In this document: positions 37,540 through 48,031 of the stretch, one piece after another
Layout: each line of letters opens with the position of its first letter
Position numbering within the stretch: position 1 is the first letter of the stretch
DNA from: Anaerohalosphaeraceae bacterium
GTDB taxonomy: Bacteria > Planctomycetota > Phycisphaerae > Sedimentisphaerales > Anaerohalosphaeraceae
Assembly: GCA_963675525.2 (NCBI GenBank)
Contig: CAXXSL010000011.1
Coordinates: forward strand, 96,001 to 160,000
DNA: 64,000 bases
Direction of reading: 5' to 3'
Translations under genes and position numbers: made by a program
Notes under the pieces: generated by a model
What the model was told of the DNA's origin: nothing
Seen by the model: the letters and a program-made list of their open reading frames with translations, nothing else
The model's database searches: none

Positions 37540-39633
37540 CTATTGCCAGTTTTGAGCCATCCGAGAAAATTCATACAAATCAACAACACAGTTGCCGTTC
37601 AGGTCCACTCCTGAAGTCAAAGCACAATCGTCTTCCAGCCACAGCGCAGAGAAATCGAGTAAGTCGTTCATATCGACCGTTCCATTGCCGGTAACATCAC
37701 CATACAGGCCGGTCAACCATGGTGACAGGTATGTCCCGCTGATAACCTGCTGGGAAATCCCCGGGCCTGACCATGCCACAGCGATATTATCGCCGCCGGT
37801 ACCTTCCTTGTGCAATACCTCAATGTAGTATTTCTGCCCCGCTGCCAGGGAAATCGCAGCAGACTCCTGCGAGGAATATTTGTCCCATTCGCGCGAATCT
37901 GTCCAACTGGTAACTTCCGCAATCAGGGCCGCATTATCCGGCGTGCCGTCCGTGCTTAACCATAACTCGCAATTATCATCACCGGCAATCCAGAAGGTGT
38001 AACTGCCCGTTGTCGGCGGATACAGGTAGCCGCGAATGCGGGTTCCGTAATTATCCACCCAATCAATGGGGCCTTCCAGACTTGTCAAGTAACTACTGCC
38101 CGATGGATTATCGGGATAATTAGCGTTGGAAGTCAGACTACTGACGCCGGTACCGCTGATGCCCGTCCACCATTCGCGAAGAATTGTTCCCATGCCTGTC
38201 AATGTTGTAGTGATAGAAACCTCATTCGAATCATCGGATTCGTTCAGGGAGGTATCGACTGCCGTTACCACATAGTACGTTTCTCCGCCGGGCGGGGTAC
38301 TGTCGGTATATTCAGAATCCAAAACAGGACTGCTATTCAGTTTCGTGTAACCGCTTCCTGAAATAACGGAACGATAAACATTATACCCCTTCAAATCATC
38401 TTCGGTGTTGTCGTCCCAGTCCAATGCAACATAGATCCCATCCAAATTTGCCGTTAGTCCCGTCGGTGCCGAAGGCGGCGTCGGGTCGCTGCCCGGGGGC
38501 GGAAGTGCGGGGCCTCCCGTCAGTGCTGTCACATTATCCTGGTCCATGACTGAATAGTTATAGCGATTGAACACCCCCCCTCCATTCAGGTCACCATTAT
38601 CCCAATAGAAGGGATGAAATCCGCCGCTGTTGGCGGAATCAACGACGTACTTATCAAAAAAAGTCCTCGAAGCAAGATGCAAGTCAACATTGTCACCCGT
38701 AAGATCCGGGTATGAAGCTGTCGTGCGCCTCATGCTCCCGAACTCGCCAAGTATCACGGAGATTCCCTGGCTTGTAAACTTGTCGATCATCTTCTGGAAC
38801 AGTGCGTCCAGTTCGGCCTCTTCGCCCCAGGTACAGTTACGAGAGGCCAGGGTGTCTGAATGATAATCTTGTCCCCAGAAATAGAACATATCACCCCAAC
38901 TCTGATCGCTGTCCAACCCGCAAAACTGCCACGGCGTATAATAGTGAACTTCGACCATCAGGCGACCGGGGGTCGAGTCGGAAGGCAGGGTGTTCATCAA
39001 CTGGTCAGTAAGGGTAATGTCGGTACATGGCCCCTGGACCACCAGCCAGCGGGACGTATTGCTGCCGCCTGTGGCGCGGACCGCGTCGATGAAAGTCTGT
39101 TCGTAATGCAACAACTCGGACATCTCTGCGGCTGTGTCAGCGTCCGGCTCATTCGTGCAGGCGAACAGCAACTTATCATCATAGTTGATGAAGGTGTTGG
39201 CGATCTGCGTCCAATAGGCGTCCACCTTCGCGTCGATTGTCGAATTCACGGTTCCGTCAATGCTTGTGTCCAGCCATCCGTTGTCCCAGTGGCTGTTGAT
39301 AATAACGTGCAGGTTCGCGGCGTAACAATAGTCAACCACCTCCTGGACCCGCGCCAACCAGGCCGAATCAATCACATACGTGCTCTGGTTGGCGTGGCTG
39401 TTCCACGCAACCGGAATACGGATCGTGTTAAAGCCCGCAGCAGCCACCGCGTTGATCAGTTCCTGCGTCGCCGGCGGGTTGTTCCAAGTACCTTCGCCAC
39501 CGGGCGGTTCCAGCGTGTTCCCGAGATTCCACCCGTAGGTCGGTGTTGGCAGCTGCGCGAACGTGACTGCCGGAAGCATCAGTAAGCACACTATCGAAAA
39601 ACAGATAAAGCGGATTGTTTTATTCAGCATCAT
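37540..39633 (-). CDS. GH5 (subfamily 4-like) endoglucanase/xyloglucanase + FN3 + PA14 + dockerin-like tail
   Basis: GWNLGNTLE, GFNTIRIPVAW, INSHWD, TNEP acid/base, VHYY.PW.F, GEFG nucleophile, YWDNG. Confidence 0.92.
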   Translation of the reverse strand: MMLNKTIRFICFSIVCLLMLPAVTFAQLPTPTYGWNLGNTLEPPGGEGTWNNPPATQELINAVAAAGFNTIRIPVAWNSHANQSTYVIDSAWLARVQEVVDYCYAANLHVIINSHWDNGWLDTSIDGTVNSTIDAKVDAYWTQIANTFINYDDKLLFACTNEPDADTAAEMSELLHYEQTFIDAVRATGGSNTSRWLVVQGPCTDITLTDQLMNTLPSDSTPGRLMVEVHYYTPWQFCGLDSDQSWGDMFYFWGQDYHSDTLASRNCTWGEEAELDALFQKMIDKFTSQGISVILGEFGSMRRTTASYPDLTGDNVDLHLASRTFFDKYVVDSANSGGFHPFYWDNGDLNGGGVFNRYNYSVMDQDNVTALTGGPALPPPGSDPTPPSAPTGLTANLDGIYVALDWDDNTEDDLKGYNVYRSVISGSGYTKLNSSPVLDSEYTDSTPPGGETYYVVTAVDTSLNESDDSNEVSITTTLTGMGTILREWWTGISGTGVSSLTSNANYPDNPSGSSYLTSLEGPIDWVDNYGTRIRGYLYPPTTGSYTFWIAGDDNCELWLSTDGTPDNAALIAEVTSWTDSREWDKYSSQESAAISLAAGQKYYIEVLHKEGTGGDNIAVAWSGPGISQQVISGTYLSPWLTGLYGDVTGNGTVDMNDLLDFSALWLEDDCALTSGVDLNGNCVVDLYEFSRMAQNWQ
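37817..37950. repeat. 134-bp identical direct repeat (second copy 39944-40077) inside duplicated PA14/dockerin cassettes
   Basis: Base-by-base comparison, ACCTCAATGTAG...GCGTGCCGTC; a more diverged third copy lies at about 35.7-35.9 kb. Confidence 0.85.
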
Positions 39634-39658
39634 GTTGCACCTCTAAGCATTCGTACCT

Positions 39659-42139
39659 CTAATTATCCAACCAGTTTTGTGCCATTATCGGGAAAATTCA
39701 TACAGGTCAATCATACAGTTTCCGTCCAGATCCATTCCCGAAGTCAACACACAATCATCTTCCAGCCAAAACGCAAAGAAATCCATGGCATCGTTAATAT
39801 CGACGGTTCCATTGCCTGTCACATCACCATACAGGCCGGTCAACCATGGTGATAGATATGTCCCGCTGATGACCTCTTGGGAAATCCCCGGGCCTGACCA
39901 TGCCACAGCGATATTATCGCCGCCGGTATTTTCCTTGTGCAGCACCTCAATGTAGTATTTCTGCCCCGCTGCCAGGGAAATCGCAGCAGACTCCTGCGAG
40001 GAATATTTGTCCCATTCGCGCGAATCTGTCCAACTGGTAACTTCCGCAATCAGGGCCGCATTATCCGGCGTGCCGTCTGTGCTTAACCAGAGTTCGCAAT
40101 TATCATCACCGGCAATCCAGAAGGTATAATCGCCCGTTGTGAGAGGATGCAGATAGCCACGGATGCGCGCACCGTATTCATCAGTCCAATTTGTCGGCCC
40201 TTCAAGACTGGTGAGTTGACCAACGGTAAAAGGACTGTCCGGGAAAATCAATATTCGAAGTCAAATCGTCGACAGACGGGCCGGAAATACCGATCCAGCG
40301 TTCATGAAGGATCGTACCCATAGCCGTATCAGGAATCGTCGCGGACTCCTCGTTCGAATCATCGGATTCATTCCAGGACGTATCGACAGCGTTAACAACA
40401 TAATAGTATGTTTCACCGCCGTCGCCGGTGTTATCGGTATAATATGAACTCGCAACCACGCTGCTGTTAAGCTTTGTATAGCCGCTGCCTGATGTTGTCG
40501 AACGATAGATATTGTAACCTTGCAGGTCTTCTTCGGTGTTGTCATCCCAGTCCAGTGCAACATGGATGCTATCCAGGTCGGCCGTGAGACCTGTCGGTGC
40601 GGCCGGAGGTGTGACATCCCCCGTACCGTGTGGTATTTTCAACAGCATCATACAGCTTGCCGGAAGTGTTACAGTGAAACTATTGCCCACGGTAATTGCC
40701 TGTGAGGGCAGGGAAGACACTGCCATGGGATCCGGATGGACCACGCCATTGATACTGATATCGCTGCTGTCCTGGATATTGACGCCGCCGGATATCAACG
40801 ATCCGGCCGGCTCAACAAGCCATTCCTGTCCGCCCGCACCAGCTAAAAAACCAGCAATATTGATATCCGCTGTTAAATCCGCAGTGGGCGAATTATTCAC
40901 GATAAATAATGTCATATTACCGTCTGCATCTTCGGCAGCGTATGCTCGGACCAGCGAATGGGAACTGGAGGCCGTTACCATGTCCCGTCCGAAATAATTG
41001 ATCAGTAGCGGATGAACATACCAAACCGGATAGGGCGACCATGTATCGCCATTGTACTGCGGTATCCAGGGAGTTGATACGTCCCAGTTATTTCTGGCCA
41101 TTTCAAGGATATATTGAGTATGAAATAAAGCATTGACATAACATGTCACACGATTATAGTTGTCGTGACCTCCCGCATCCCATTCGGTCATCGTATATCG
41201 GATCTGCCCGACATATTGCGACCCGAGGGCGTTCTGAACGATGCCGTCCATATTCGAAGTGTATTGCCCAATATCATTGACCCGGTCACTCAGAAGCGTT
41301 GGGTTATAAGAGGCCAGTTCCCCGCTTCCGGGATATTGATGGATAATCAAAAAATCAGGAATCGCATTCTTTGCGGCAGCGGCCACAAGCGTATCGTAGG
41401 TCCAATAGCCCTGATACCACCCCCATGGCTGAAGTTCGTGTTTCGGTTCCGCACAGGCGCCGATTTTGATGTTGGGATTGACCGCTTTCATCGCCAGAGA
41501 AAAATCCGCAAAATAATCCCCATAAAAGGTGCCGCTGATTTCGGGGAAATAGCCGACCTCCCACGGACCGCCGATCTCGTTGCCGATCTCCCAGTATTCC
41601 GCGCAAACGGCTCTGGAAGTTTGGTCCTGAACCCATGCCACCGCCGCATCGACGGCGTTGGTATGGGCAACTGCATAATTTTGATTGGTGTCGTCTCCGG
41701 GAGTGTCATCCTGAAGGGTATCGTACCACCAACCGGGGAAGTTAACTATCGGCTGAAGTGTCGGATACATCTCTTCGCCGGGCTGGCTGAGAATGCTCAT
41801 CAGATTCAGGTATTCCTCATAACTGATTTTCCATCCATTGGCGCCATTTGGACCTTCAATGTCGCTCCAGAGATGGCCGTTGCTCCACGATCCGCCGAGT
41901 ACACGAAAGTACTTACTGCCGGAGGCAATCAGCAGGTTATTGAGTTGCGACCAAGTGCCGTCCAGATGCCAGTCCCAGGACTGTAAATTCGTCCCGTACA
42001 TGGTCATTGGAATGGTGCGAATCGGCGAATCGCCGTCAACATTAATGACTAAGTCTGCGGCAAAGGCCGGAATAAGCATACTTAAAAAAAGAAAGATAAT
42101 AACAAATGAACCTTGCAGACCACGATGAAAGCTATTCAT
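39659..42139 (-). pseudogene. Clan GH-A-like glycoside hydrolase (GH44/51/79-like) + FN3 + PA14 + dockerin-like tail, frameshifted near 40243 and 39691
   Basis: ORFs 40202..42190 and 39685..40251 join into one protein parallel to its neighbours; YWEIGNE and MTEWD catalytic-like motifs; breaks may be assembly errors. Confidence 0.8.
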
Positions 42140-42215
42140 ACAACCCCCACTGATATTTGATCGTTCGAAAGAATAAATTGTAAAGATCACAGCTTAAAGT
42201 ATTCCTCCATTCATA

Positions 42216-43058
42216 TTAAGGTCTTGGAATATACCCGCTAACCATCCAATCCAGATCCTCATTGTTAAGCGATGCCGCATCGACACCGATCTCGCCTTTG
42301 ATCAGCTGAATTGTCTTCTGATCCTGCCAGCGATGACGCTCGGCATGACCGTCCGCAAAGCCGGTCGTACTGCTGCCATTGTGGTAACCCGCCGGGACAT
42401 CCCACCATTTATATTGTGTCCCGTAGAGCAGCACAAAACTGCCGGCATTGACATATTGACCTTTGCAATCTTCCTCCACGAACACATGTTTATTGCCGGG
42501 AGATGAGATTTCGTTTATTTTCGTTACAAGACGCAGTTCCTTTGGGGTGCTGCTTGTCTGCGAAGTTATGGCCGTTCGATAGACAAATTGATTGCCGGTT
42601 TTACTCACAAAATCCTCCCCGTTCATCAGGCCGGTAATGGAATAACTGCGAAAGCTCGCACGCGGTTCAGCATATTTTACAACCTTCTTATCCCCGGAGC
42701 AATGATACAGGTTTTCATCTTGTGTATAAGGAAACAGTTTGCCTGCACGAATACCGTTTTTTCGGGTTTCGAGAGAATACTCAGCTTCACTTGACGGCGA
42801 CCCATTGGTGTTCCTGGGGTATTCCACCCAGCGATAAGGAGTAGAGTTATAATTCGAACCGCCGACAATGTAGGAATCGTTATCCCCCGCATACCCTACC
42901 CAGGCCATACATAATTGCCGTTGATGGGCAGCACACACCACCCCGCTGGCCAGTTCCTTAGCCGCTCCCAACGACGGGAGAATCACCGCCATCAGCAACG
43001 CAATAATCGCGATCACAACTAACAGCTCGATCAGTGTAAATCCTTTTAATTTTTTCAT
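42216..43058 (-). CDS. Prepilin-type N-terminal cleavage/methylation protein with H-X9-DG motif (DUF1559-like)
   Basis: KG^FTLIELLVVIAIIALL..ILPSL..AKE.A...C, Y.C..D, HNGSSTTGFADGH. Confidence 0.93.
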   Translation of the reverse strand: MKKLKGFTLIELLVVIAIIALLMAVILPSLGAAKELASGVVCAAHQRQLCMAWVGYAGDNDSYIVGGSNYNSTPYRWVEYPRNTNGSPSSEAEYSLETRKNGIRAGKLFPYTQDENLYHCSGDKKVVKYAEPRASFRSYSITGLMNGEDFVSKTGNQFVYRTAITSQTSSTPKELRLVTKINEISSPGNKHVFVEEDCKGQYVNAGSFVLLYGTQYKWWDVPAGYHNGSSTTGFADGHAERHRWQDQKTIQLIKGEIGVDAASLNNEDLDWMVSGYIPRP

Positions 43059-43134
43059 GTCCGGCTTATCCTTACTATAAATCCAATTCATTTTCGAGCC
43101 GACCTCTTACAAACCATCTTTCTATCCGCAATAA

Positions 43135-43167
43135 TAAGCCGGAACCTCACATCGAGGCTCCGGCTTT
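43135..43167 (-). terminator. Stem-loop (terminator or mRNA-stabilising) between the LamG gene and the prepilin gene
   Basis: AAGCCGGAACCTC-ACATC-GAGGCTCCGGCTT, followed by TATTATT on the minus strand. Confidence 0.55.
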
Positions 43168-43195
43168 ACTTTCACACAACAAAACCAAGCCCCGC

Positions 43196-45433
43196 TTACG
43201 GGACCGGGTAAAATCCATCATTGAGCCAACTGGCCGCAAACCCGGCAAAATCGGCCAGATCGACCTTACAGTACGATGTGCCGGTATTGTCCGCATTGAA
43301 ATCACTGCCGGCAAAGCCCGTATAGATACAGCCGGGATTACCGGTTATATCATAGTATTCCTGGGCAATATCTTCAGCTGCAACTTCATAGTTATATACT
43401 CTCAAGTTGTCAATCAGCCCATCGAAATAACTGCCATCGTGGGATGCACCAATCAGCATGCTGTTGTCTGTCCAGGCGCTGAATGTATTTGCAACGCCGG
43501 TACCCGTGGTGGCGATCAGGCTGCCGTCCACGTACGTCTGCATGATTCCGGCCATGTCCCAGGTTACCGCCATCATGTGCCAATTGCCGTCTCCGGCAAT
43601 ATTGAAGGGGTCGACCCATCCCGGTCTCCACGACTGCCAGAACACTGCTCCATTGTCCGCGTCACCCCAGATAAAGGACTGTATGTTTGTATTCACACCA
43701 TCAGTTGCGATCGCAAACTGGAACGATGTAGTTGGCCAGCCCGCATTGGTGTTCGACAGAATCGGAGCTTCAGTCGCAGGTGCGGTGTCCAGTTTGACCC
43801 AGCACATGACGGATCCGACATCCAGTCCGCCGCCGACACCGCCGGCTTCAAGCAAGTCAGCACGTGGGAAGGCTTTGTTATTGTTGTTGGGGTCACCGTC
43901 GCCCAGGTCCACATACTGAGTGGCACCATCCAGGGACAACGCTGAACCGCCGTCTACCCCGGCGACGTAGCTGGGAGAACCAACTTCCGTGCCGTTATAC
44001 CCACTGCCGCTGCTGTCGGTCGCGTCACCATCAAACAGGTATTCAGCAACCTGACGTTCGACCACAAGCGAAACAACATCGGAATAGACATCCGGTTCTG
44101 TGCCCCCTAATCCGCCGGAAACCGTGGATGCATTCGCCACCCGGCAGTAATAGTACGCCTGATAGGCCTTATTATGAGTCGTAATTGTCAACGTATCGGT
44201 ATCTGCTCCGAGGCCTGAGATCGGATTATCGCCCGGATCATTAATCTCACCATCCAGCGAGTAAAACCACTGATACTGCGGCGTCGTATTACTTGTTACC
44301 GCAATCGTGAACTGTGCATTCGCATCGTCAATACCGAATCGGGTATTGACCGGCTGGGTGTCGATCACAGGGATCGTGCTCAGGGTAGCAAAGGTCCAAA
44401 CCGGGCCGATGATATTGTTGGGGTCCACATCATCCAGGGTGCTGACACCCACCGTCAATAATGCATTATCAGCACCGTTATGTGCATACCCATCCATCGC
44501 CTCCACAACAGTCCAGTAATAACTGCTGTTGATAGGCAGAACCATTGTACCATATTCAGAATTCGGATCGTCTATTCCCGGATCAATACCGGTTGCACCA
44601 ACATAATACAGGTTCGCATCAGCGACATTCAACGTTGACATGAAGACGTATTCATCGACAATGTCAGGATTGACTGTGTAAACAATGTTCGGGTCAGGGA
44701 GGCGTCCTCCCGGATCCTTACCTGCTTTCCAATTCAGAGTAAGATCCACATAATCCGTGTCGACATTGAAGTCCTGTACGATAGACGGACCATAAGGTCC
44801 ATAGGTATCAATGACACCATCGGGGTATATCCAGATATTGTCAATATACATGGTGAGAGGGCCCTCGCCTGTATTTAAGACAATGCCAATGTTGTAGTAA
44901 CCCTCGTAAGATGTATCTAACGCAGATTGTAACGACGCCTGTAATGGTGCAAGCGGAATAGCCCAGGGGTGAGGTGCACCATCGAAATACTCCGCTGGAA
45001 CAGCTACCCATCCGGCCTTGTCCCAACTAGGACCGACTGGAGCGCCATTGTTGGTAGAATATCCGATTTCCGCCCATCCCCCAGGTACCGTTTCAAAAGT
45101 CACATCGAAGCCAAGGACCGCACCATCATCGGCTGCTAATGCAAAAACGTCAAATTTATTAGCGAGTTCATTAATTGGGTATGCAATTCCAGGTCCCCAT
45201 CCACCCAGGTCAGAAGTGCATTTTAAAGAGTGAGTTCCCCGTGTTGTTGTCACCGCAGGAACCGTGACATCGTCCACCACCGTACCGTCACCATACCAGT
45301 AGTCATATCGACCGGGTTCTGAACCAACCTCACCATCTTCAAAGTCACCGATCAACATCGGGTCTAAGGCAAAGCTGCTGGACACCAGCCCCAATACAAC
45401 CACCATACAAAATAATCCTAACAATTTCTTCAT
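43196..45433 (-). CDS. Secreted protein: CBM-like N-domain + Ig-like + LamG jelly-roll + dockerin-like C-terminus
   Basis: Signal peptide; GPVWTF.T; P.I..QP...YQWF..YYCRV; YLFDG...DSSG, WH..AVTWD, YVDG, FDGLID.LRVYN; VDLADFA.FA..WL. Confidence 0.85.
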   Translation of the reverse strand: MKKLLGLFCMVVVLGLVSSSFALDPMLIGDFEDGEVGSEPGRYDYWYGDGTVVDDVTVPAVTTTRGTHSLKCTSDLGGWGPGIAYPINELANKFDVFALAADDGAVLGFDVTFETVPGGWAEIGYSTNNGAPVGPSWDKAGWVAVPAEYFDGAPHPWAIPLAPLQASLQSALDTSYEGYYNIGIVLNTGEGPLTMYIDNIWIYPDGVIDTYGPYGPSIVQDFNVDTDYVDLTLNWKAGKDPGGRLPDPNIVYTVNPDIVDEYVFMSTLNVADANLYYVGATGIDPGIDDPNSEYGTMVLPINSSYYWTVVEAMDGYAHNGADNALLTVGVSTLDDVDPNNIIGPVWTFATLSTIPVIDTQPVNTRFGIDDANAQFTIAVTSNTTPQYQWFYSLDGEINDPGDNPISGLGADTDTLTITTHNKAYQAYYYCRVANASTVSGGLGGTEPDVYSDVVSLVVERQVAEYLFDGDATDSSGSGYNGTEVGSPSYVAGVDGGSALSLDGATQYVDLGDGDPNNNNKAFPRADLLEAGGVGGGLDVGSVMCWVKLDTAPATEAPILSNTNAGWPTTSFQFAIATDGVNTNIQSFIWGDADNGAVFWQSWRPGWVDPFNIAGDGNWHMMAVTWDMAGIMQTYVDGSLIATTGTGVANTFSAWTDNSMLIGASHDGSYFDGLIDNLRVYNYEVAAEDIAQEYYDITGNPGCIYTGFAGSDFNADNTGTSYCKVDLADFAGFAASWLNDGFYPVP

Positions 45434-45480
45434 CTCATTACCCTTTCGCAATTAAAATACATATCTAATCGTATAACATA

Positions 45481-45515
45481 ACAAAACAAGCCCCAACAGC
45501 TATGCGCTGCCAGGG
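45481..45515 (-). terminator. Possible intrinsic terminator after the FecR-like gene
   Basis: Minus strand CCCTGGCAGC-GCATA-GCTGTTGGGG then CTTGTTTTGT (stem needs G-U pairs). Confidence 0.45.
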
Positions 45516-45520
45516 AGTAT

Positions 45521-47233
45521 TTATTTCGTGGATTCCATTTCAAATCTCATGTCAGCCAGGCCGCAGGAATCATAATGATTTTCATTATTGCCCGGGGAAC
45601 GGATAATACCCCCGTCGGTAACCACAATGGACAAAAACCGGTCTCCTGCCGCCAGGGGCACGTCCAGGCCGATCAGGCTGTCCCAATGGACCCTTTCAGC
45701 CTTCGTCCGGAGCTGACCGTCCACAACGATCCACACGTCAAACTCTGTGTAATTAAGCGTGAGCTGCTCTGCAGGCATGATCGCAAATCCCCGGAAAGAG
45801 AAAAGCGTTCCAACCGTGCCCTGAAGCCGGCGAATCGACTGGCCGGGAAACTGCCGGCGAACGGCATCCAGATTAAATGTTACTCCGATATTGGAATGCA
45901 TAAACACAACATCGGGAGTAAAATTCAAGTTTCGCTGTTTTTGATAAAGCTCCGCGACGGACGGTGCGTATTTCCAGTTCTTGTCAAAACACAAATGATA
46001 ATAATAGAATCCGGTAGTAGCGGGGCATTCAGCAAAAACATGCCCTTCGGAACTGACGACCTGATTTTTCCCATTCGGAACAAAAATTCCGTCGATGAAT
46101 GTATTGGAGCTTACTTTCTGGTAGGGATTGTTTATGGTTCGATATTGACCGGTGGGATCGGTTATTTTTTGGCCGGTACTGACAGCATAGATCTCGGATT
46201 TTTCCTGCGAAGTCCCGTGTCCATTTCCACCCATGACCAGATCAGCTAAACTGGCCAGACTGACCGGACGACCATACACAACACAGTTTTCCTTGGATGA
46301 AATCTTCTGCGCAAACTGATATTCCTTAAATTCCGCCGCTTTGATCATCGCAGTACCGGTCTCAGTTTTCCTCGCCTGATGCCGCGTAAGAATTTCGCTG
46401 GCCTTCGGCTGTTCACCGCTACCGGCGATCAGGTTGACCTTTCCTTCAAAAACATGGACTTCGCTTGATCCATCGGCCAGGGTTTGCACACCGAAATTCG
46501 TTCCCAGATCCACGACGCACGATGAAGGCGTATCAATGGTAAAACCAATCGCCTTATTCGGCACATGCGCAAAGGCCTTGCCCATCTGGAGGATCATTTT
46601 GTCAGCAGACAACGGTGTAAACTCGGCAGGGCCTTCCACGACCACTTCCGCACCATAATCGAACGTCAAGGTAACAAATCCCGACAACAACTTCAGGGGT
46701 TCATTCAATACATGATCACCTTTCTTGAGATCACCCACTTTACCCTCCCACTGACAGTTCATGCAGTCCGTCAACGTCGCTACCTCTATTTTGGGGACCG
46801 GCATGAAGCGGAGAAAGAGAGCCATGATCAGTACGGCGGCAATGGCTGACACCAGACTGAACAGAGAGAATTTGTTTGGTTTTCTTTTCTCCGGCAATAC
46901 GACGAGCCGCGCTGAATGCATCTCCACCTCCTTGCATTCCTCCTCGACTTCCATCGCCTCCGCCGTCAATTCATAATGCGCCAACTCCTCCCACAACTGC
47001 ATATCGAGCAAATTGCATTCGTCACTGTTTTGCAGGACCGCCTCTTTTTCATGCAGGCGGCGGAGATGGGTATGAACCTGTAATATCTCCACATAATATT
47101 GTCGAGCCTGAGGATTTGACAGGATCAACTGATCCAGATACTCGGCCTCTCTGGCAGTAATATTGTTATCCAGTGATTTCGAGAGTAAATATCGAACGGA
47201 ATATAATGTCTTTGTATTCGAATCCATTGTCAT
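45521..47233 (-). CDS. FecR-family transmembrane anti-sigma/sensor with C-terminal sugar-binding-like (NPCBM-like) domain
   Basis: N-terminal anti-sigma helix bundle, one TM segment, GAEVVVEGPAEF, GFTIDTP, VVDLGT.FGV, EVHVFEG.V, MHSN.G.TF.L; ATGA overlap with the sigma gene. Confidence 0.88.
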   Translation of the reverse strand: MTMDSNTKTLYSVRYLLSKSLDNNITAREAEYLDQLILSNPQARQYYVEILQVHTHLRRLHEKEAVLQNSDECNLLDMQLWEELAHYELTAEAMEVEEECKEVEMHSARLVVLPEKRKPNKFSLFSLVSAIAAVLIMALFLRFMPVPKIEVATLTDCMNCQWEGKVGDLKKGDHVLNEPLKLLSGFVTLTFDYGAEVVVEGPAEFTPLSADKMILQMGKAFAHVPNKAIGFTIDTPSSCVVDLGTNFGVQTLADGSSEVHVFEGKVNLIAGSGEQPKASEILTRHQARKTETGTAMIKAAEFKEYQFAQKISSKENCVVYGRPVSLASLADLVMGGNGHGTSQEKSEIYAVSTGQKITDPTGQYRTINNPYQKVSSNTFIDGIFVPNGKNQVVSSEGHVFAECPATTGFYYYHLCFDKNWKYAPSVAELYQKQRNLNFTPDVVFMHSNIGVTFNLDAVRRQFPGQSIRRLQGTVGTLFSFRGFAIMPAEQLTLNYTEFDVWIVVDGQLRTKAERVHWDSLIGLDVPLAAGDRFLSIVVTDGGIIRSPGNNENHYDSCGLADMRFEMESTK

Positions 47234-47775
47234 TCTTCCCAAGCCAGAACACGGCGGGTACATCCCAGCAATAAATTAAGCAAATGTGCGCCCTGGCGAT
47301 AAACCGCATCGGTCGAGAGGCCCACTTTCTGGGCGACTATTTTGGCAGTAACCCCCTCACTGTATCGCATTTTAAGAAACTGCCGTTCCTTTTCGGACAG
47401 TTTCTTCAAGCAATCCCGCAAAGCACTCAGACGGTCGCCCTTCTCATCCTGCATTTTCTGTGTTTCCGAGATCAGCAGGTCATACGCCTTATCGCTGAGC
47501 AGCAGACGGGAGCGATTGAGTTTGTTTTTTCGATATTTCAGCACCTGAAACTTGGCAATTGTAACTGCCCAGGACACATAATTTGTTCCCGGTTCAAACC
47601 GGTCGTAATTCTTCCACATCAAGGTTGCTGTTTCCTGCATAAGATCATCCGCATCCGAATCATGAGGAACCATCGTAATAATAAACGCATAGATCCGGTT
47701 ATAATTAGCCGTAAGGAGGTTTACAAAGGAAGCCCTTCTGTCATCAAGAAAATCACTGTTTTCTTTTTCATTCAT
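47230..47775 (-). CDS. ECF sigma-70 factor (Planctomycete/Verrucomicrobia-type)
   Basis: DADDLMQET...W..Y..F.PGTN..SW..IAK region 2; L.DCL.KL...R...RY.EG...A region 4. Confidence 0.93.
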   Translation of the reverse strand: MNEKENSDFLDDRRASFVNLLTANYNRIYAFIITMVPHDSDADDLMQETATLMWKNYDRFEPGTNYVSWAVTIAKFQVLKYRKNKLNRSRLLLSDKAYDLLISETQKMQDEKGDRLSALRDCLKKLSEKERQFLKMRYSEGVTAKIVAQKVGLSTDAVYRQGAHLLNLLLGCTRRVLAWEE

Positions 47776-47960
47776 CTTCAACTCTCTTTGTATCCTTATA
47801 ATCGTTAAGCAACACACACGTTCCTTTAAAACCTTCCCAAACAGCAATAGTCAGAGAACCGGAAATTTGTGTTTTTTTTTCGATTCATGCAGATTTTCCT
47901 GCATTTTGTCCCCTCTCAGGTAAACACCGGTACGATATGTAACGGATCGACCTGTTGAAT

Positions 47961-48007
47961 AAAAAAGCGGACTCGAATAATCATGATGATCCCTCAAGCC
48001 CGCTTTT
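47961..48007 (-). terminator. Probable terminator after the PEP-CTERM gene
   Basis: AAAAGCGG...CCGCTTTT inverted repeat with a T-run on the minus strand. Confidence 0.5.
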
Positions 48008-48031
48008 AATTTATTGCTAACAGTACTGATA

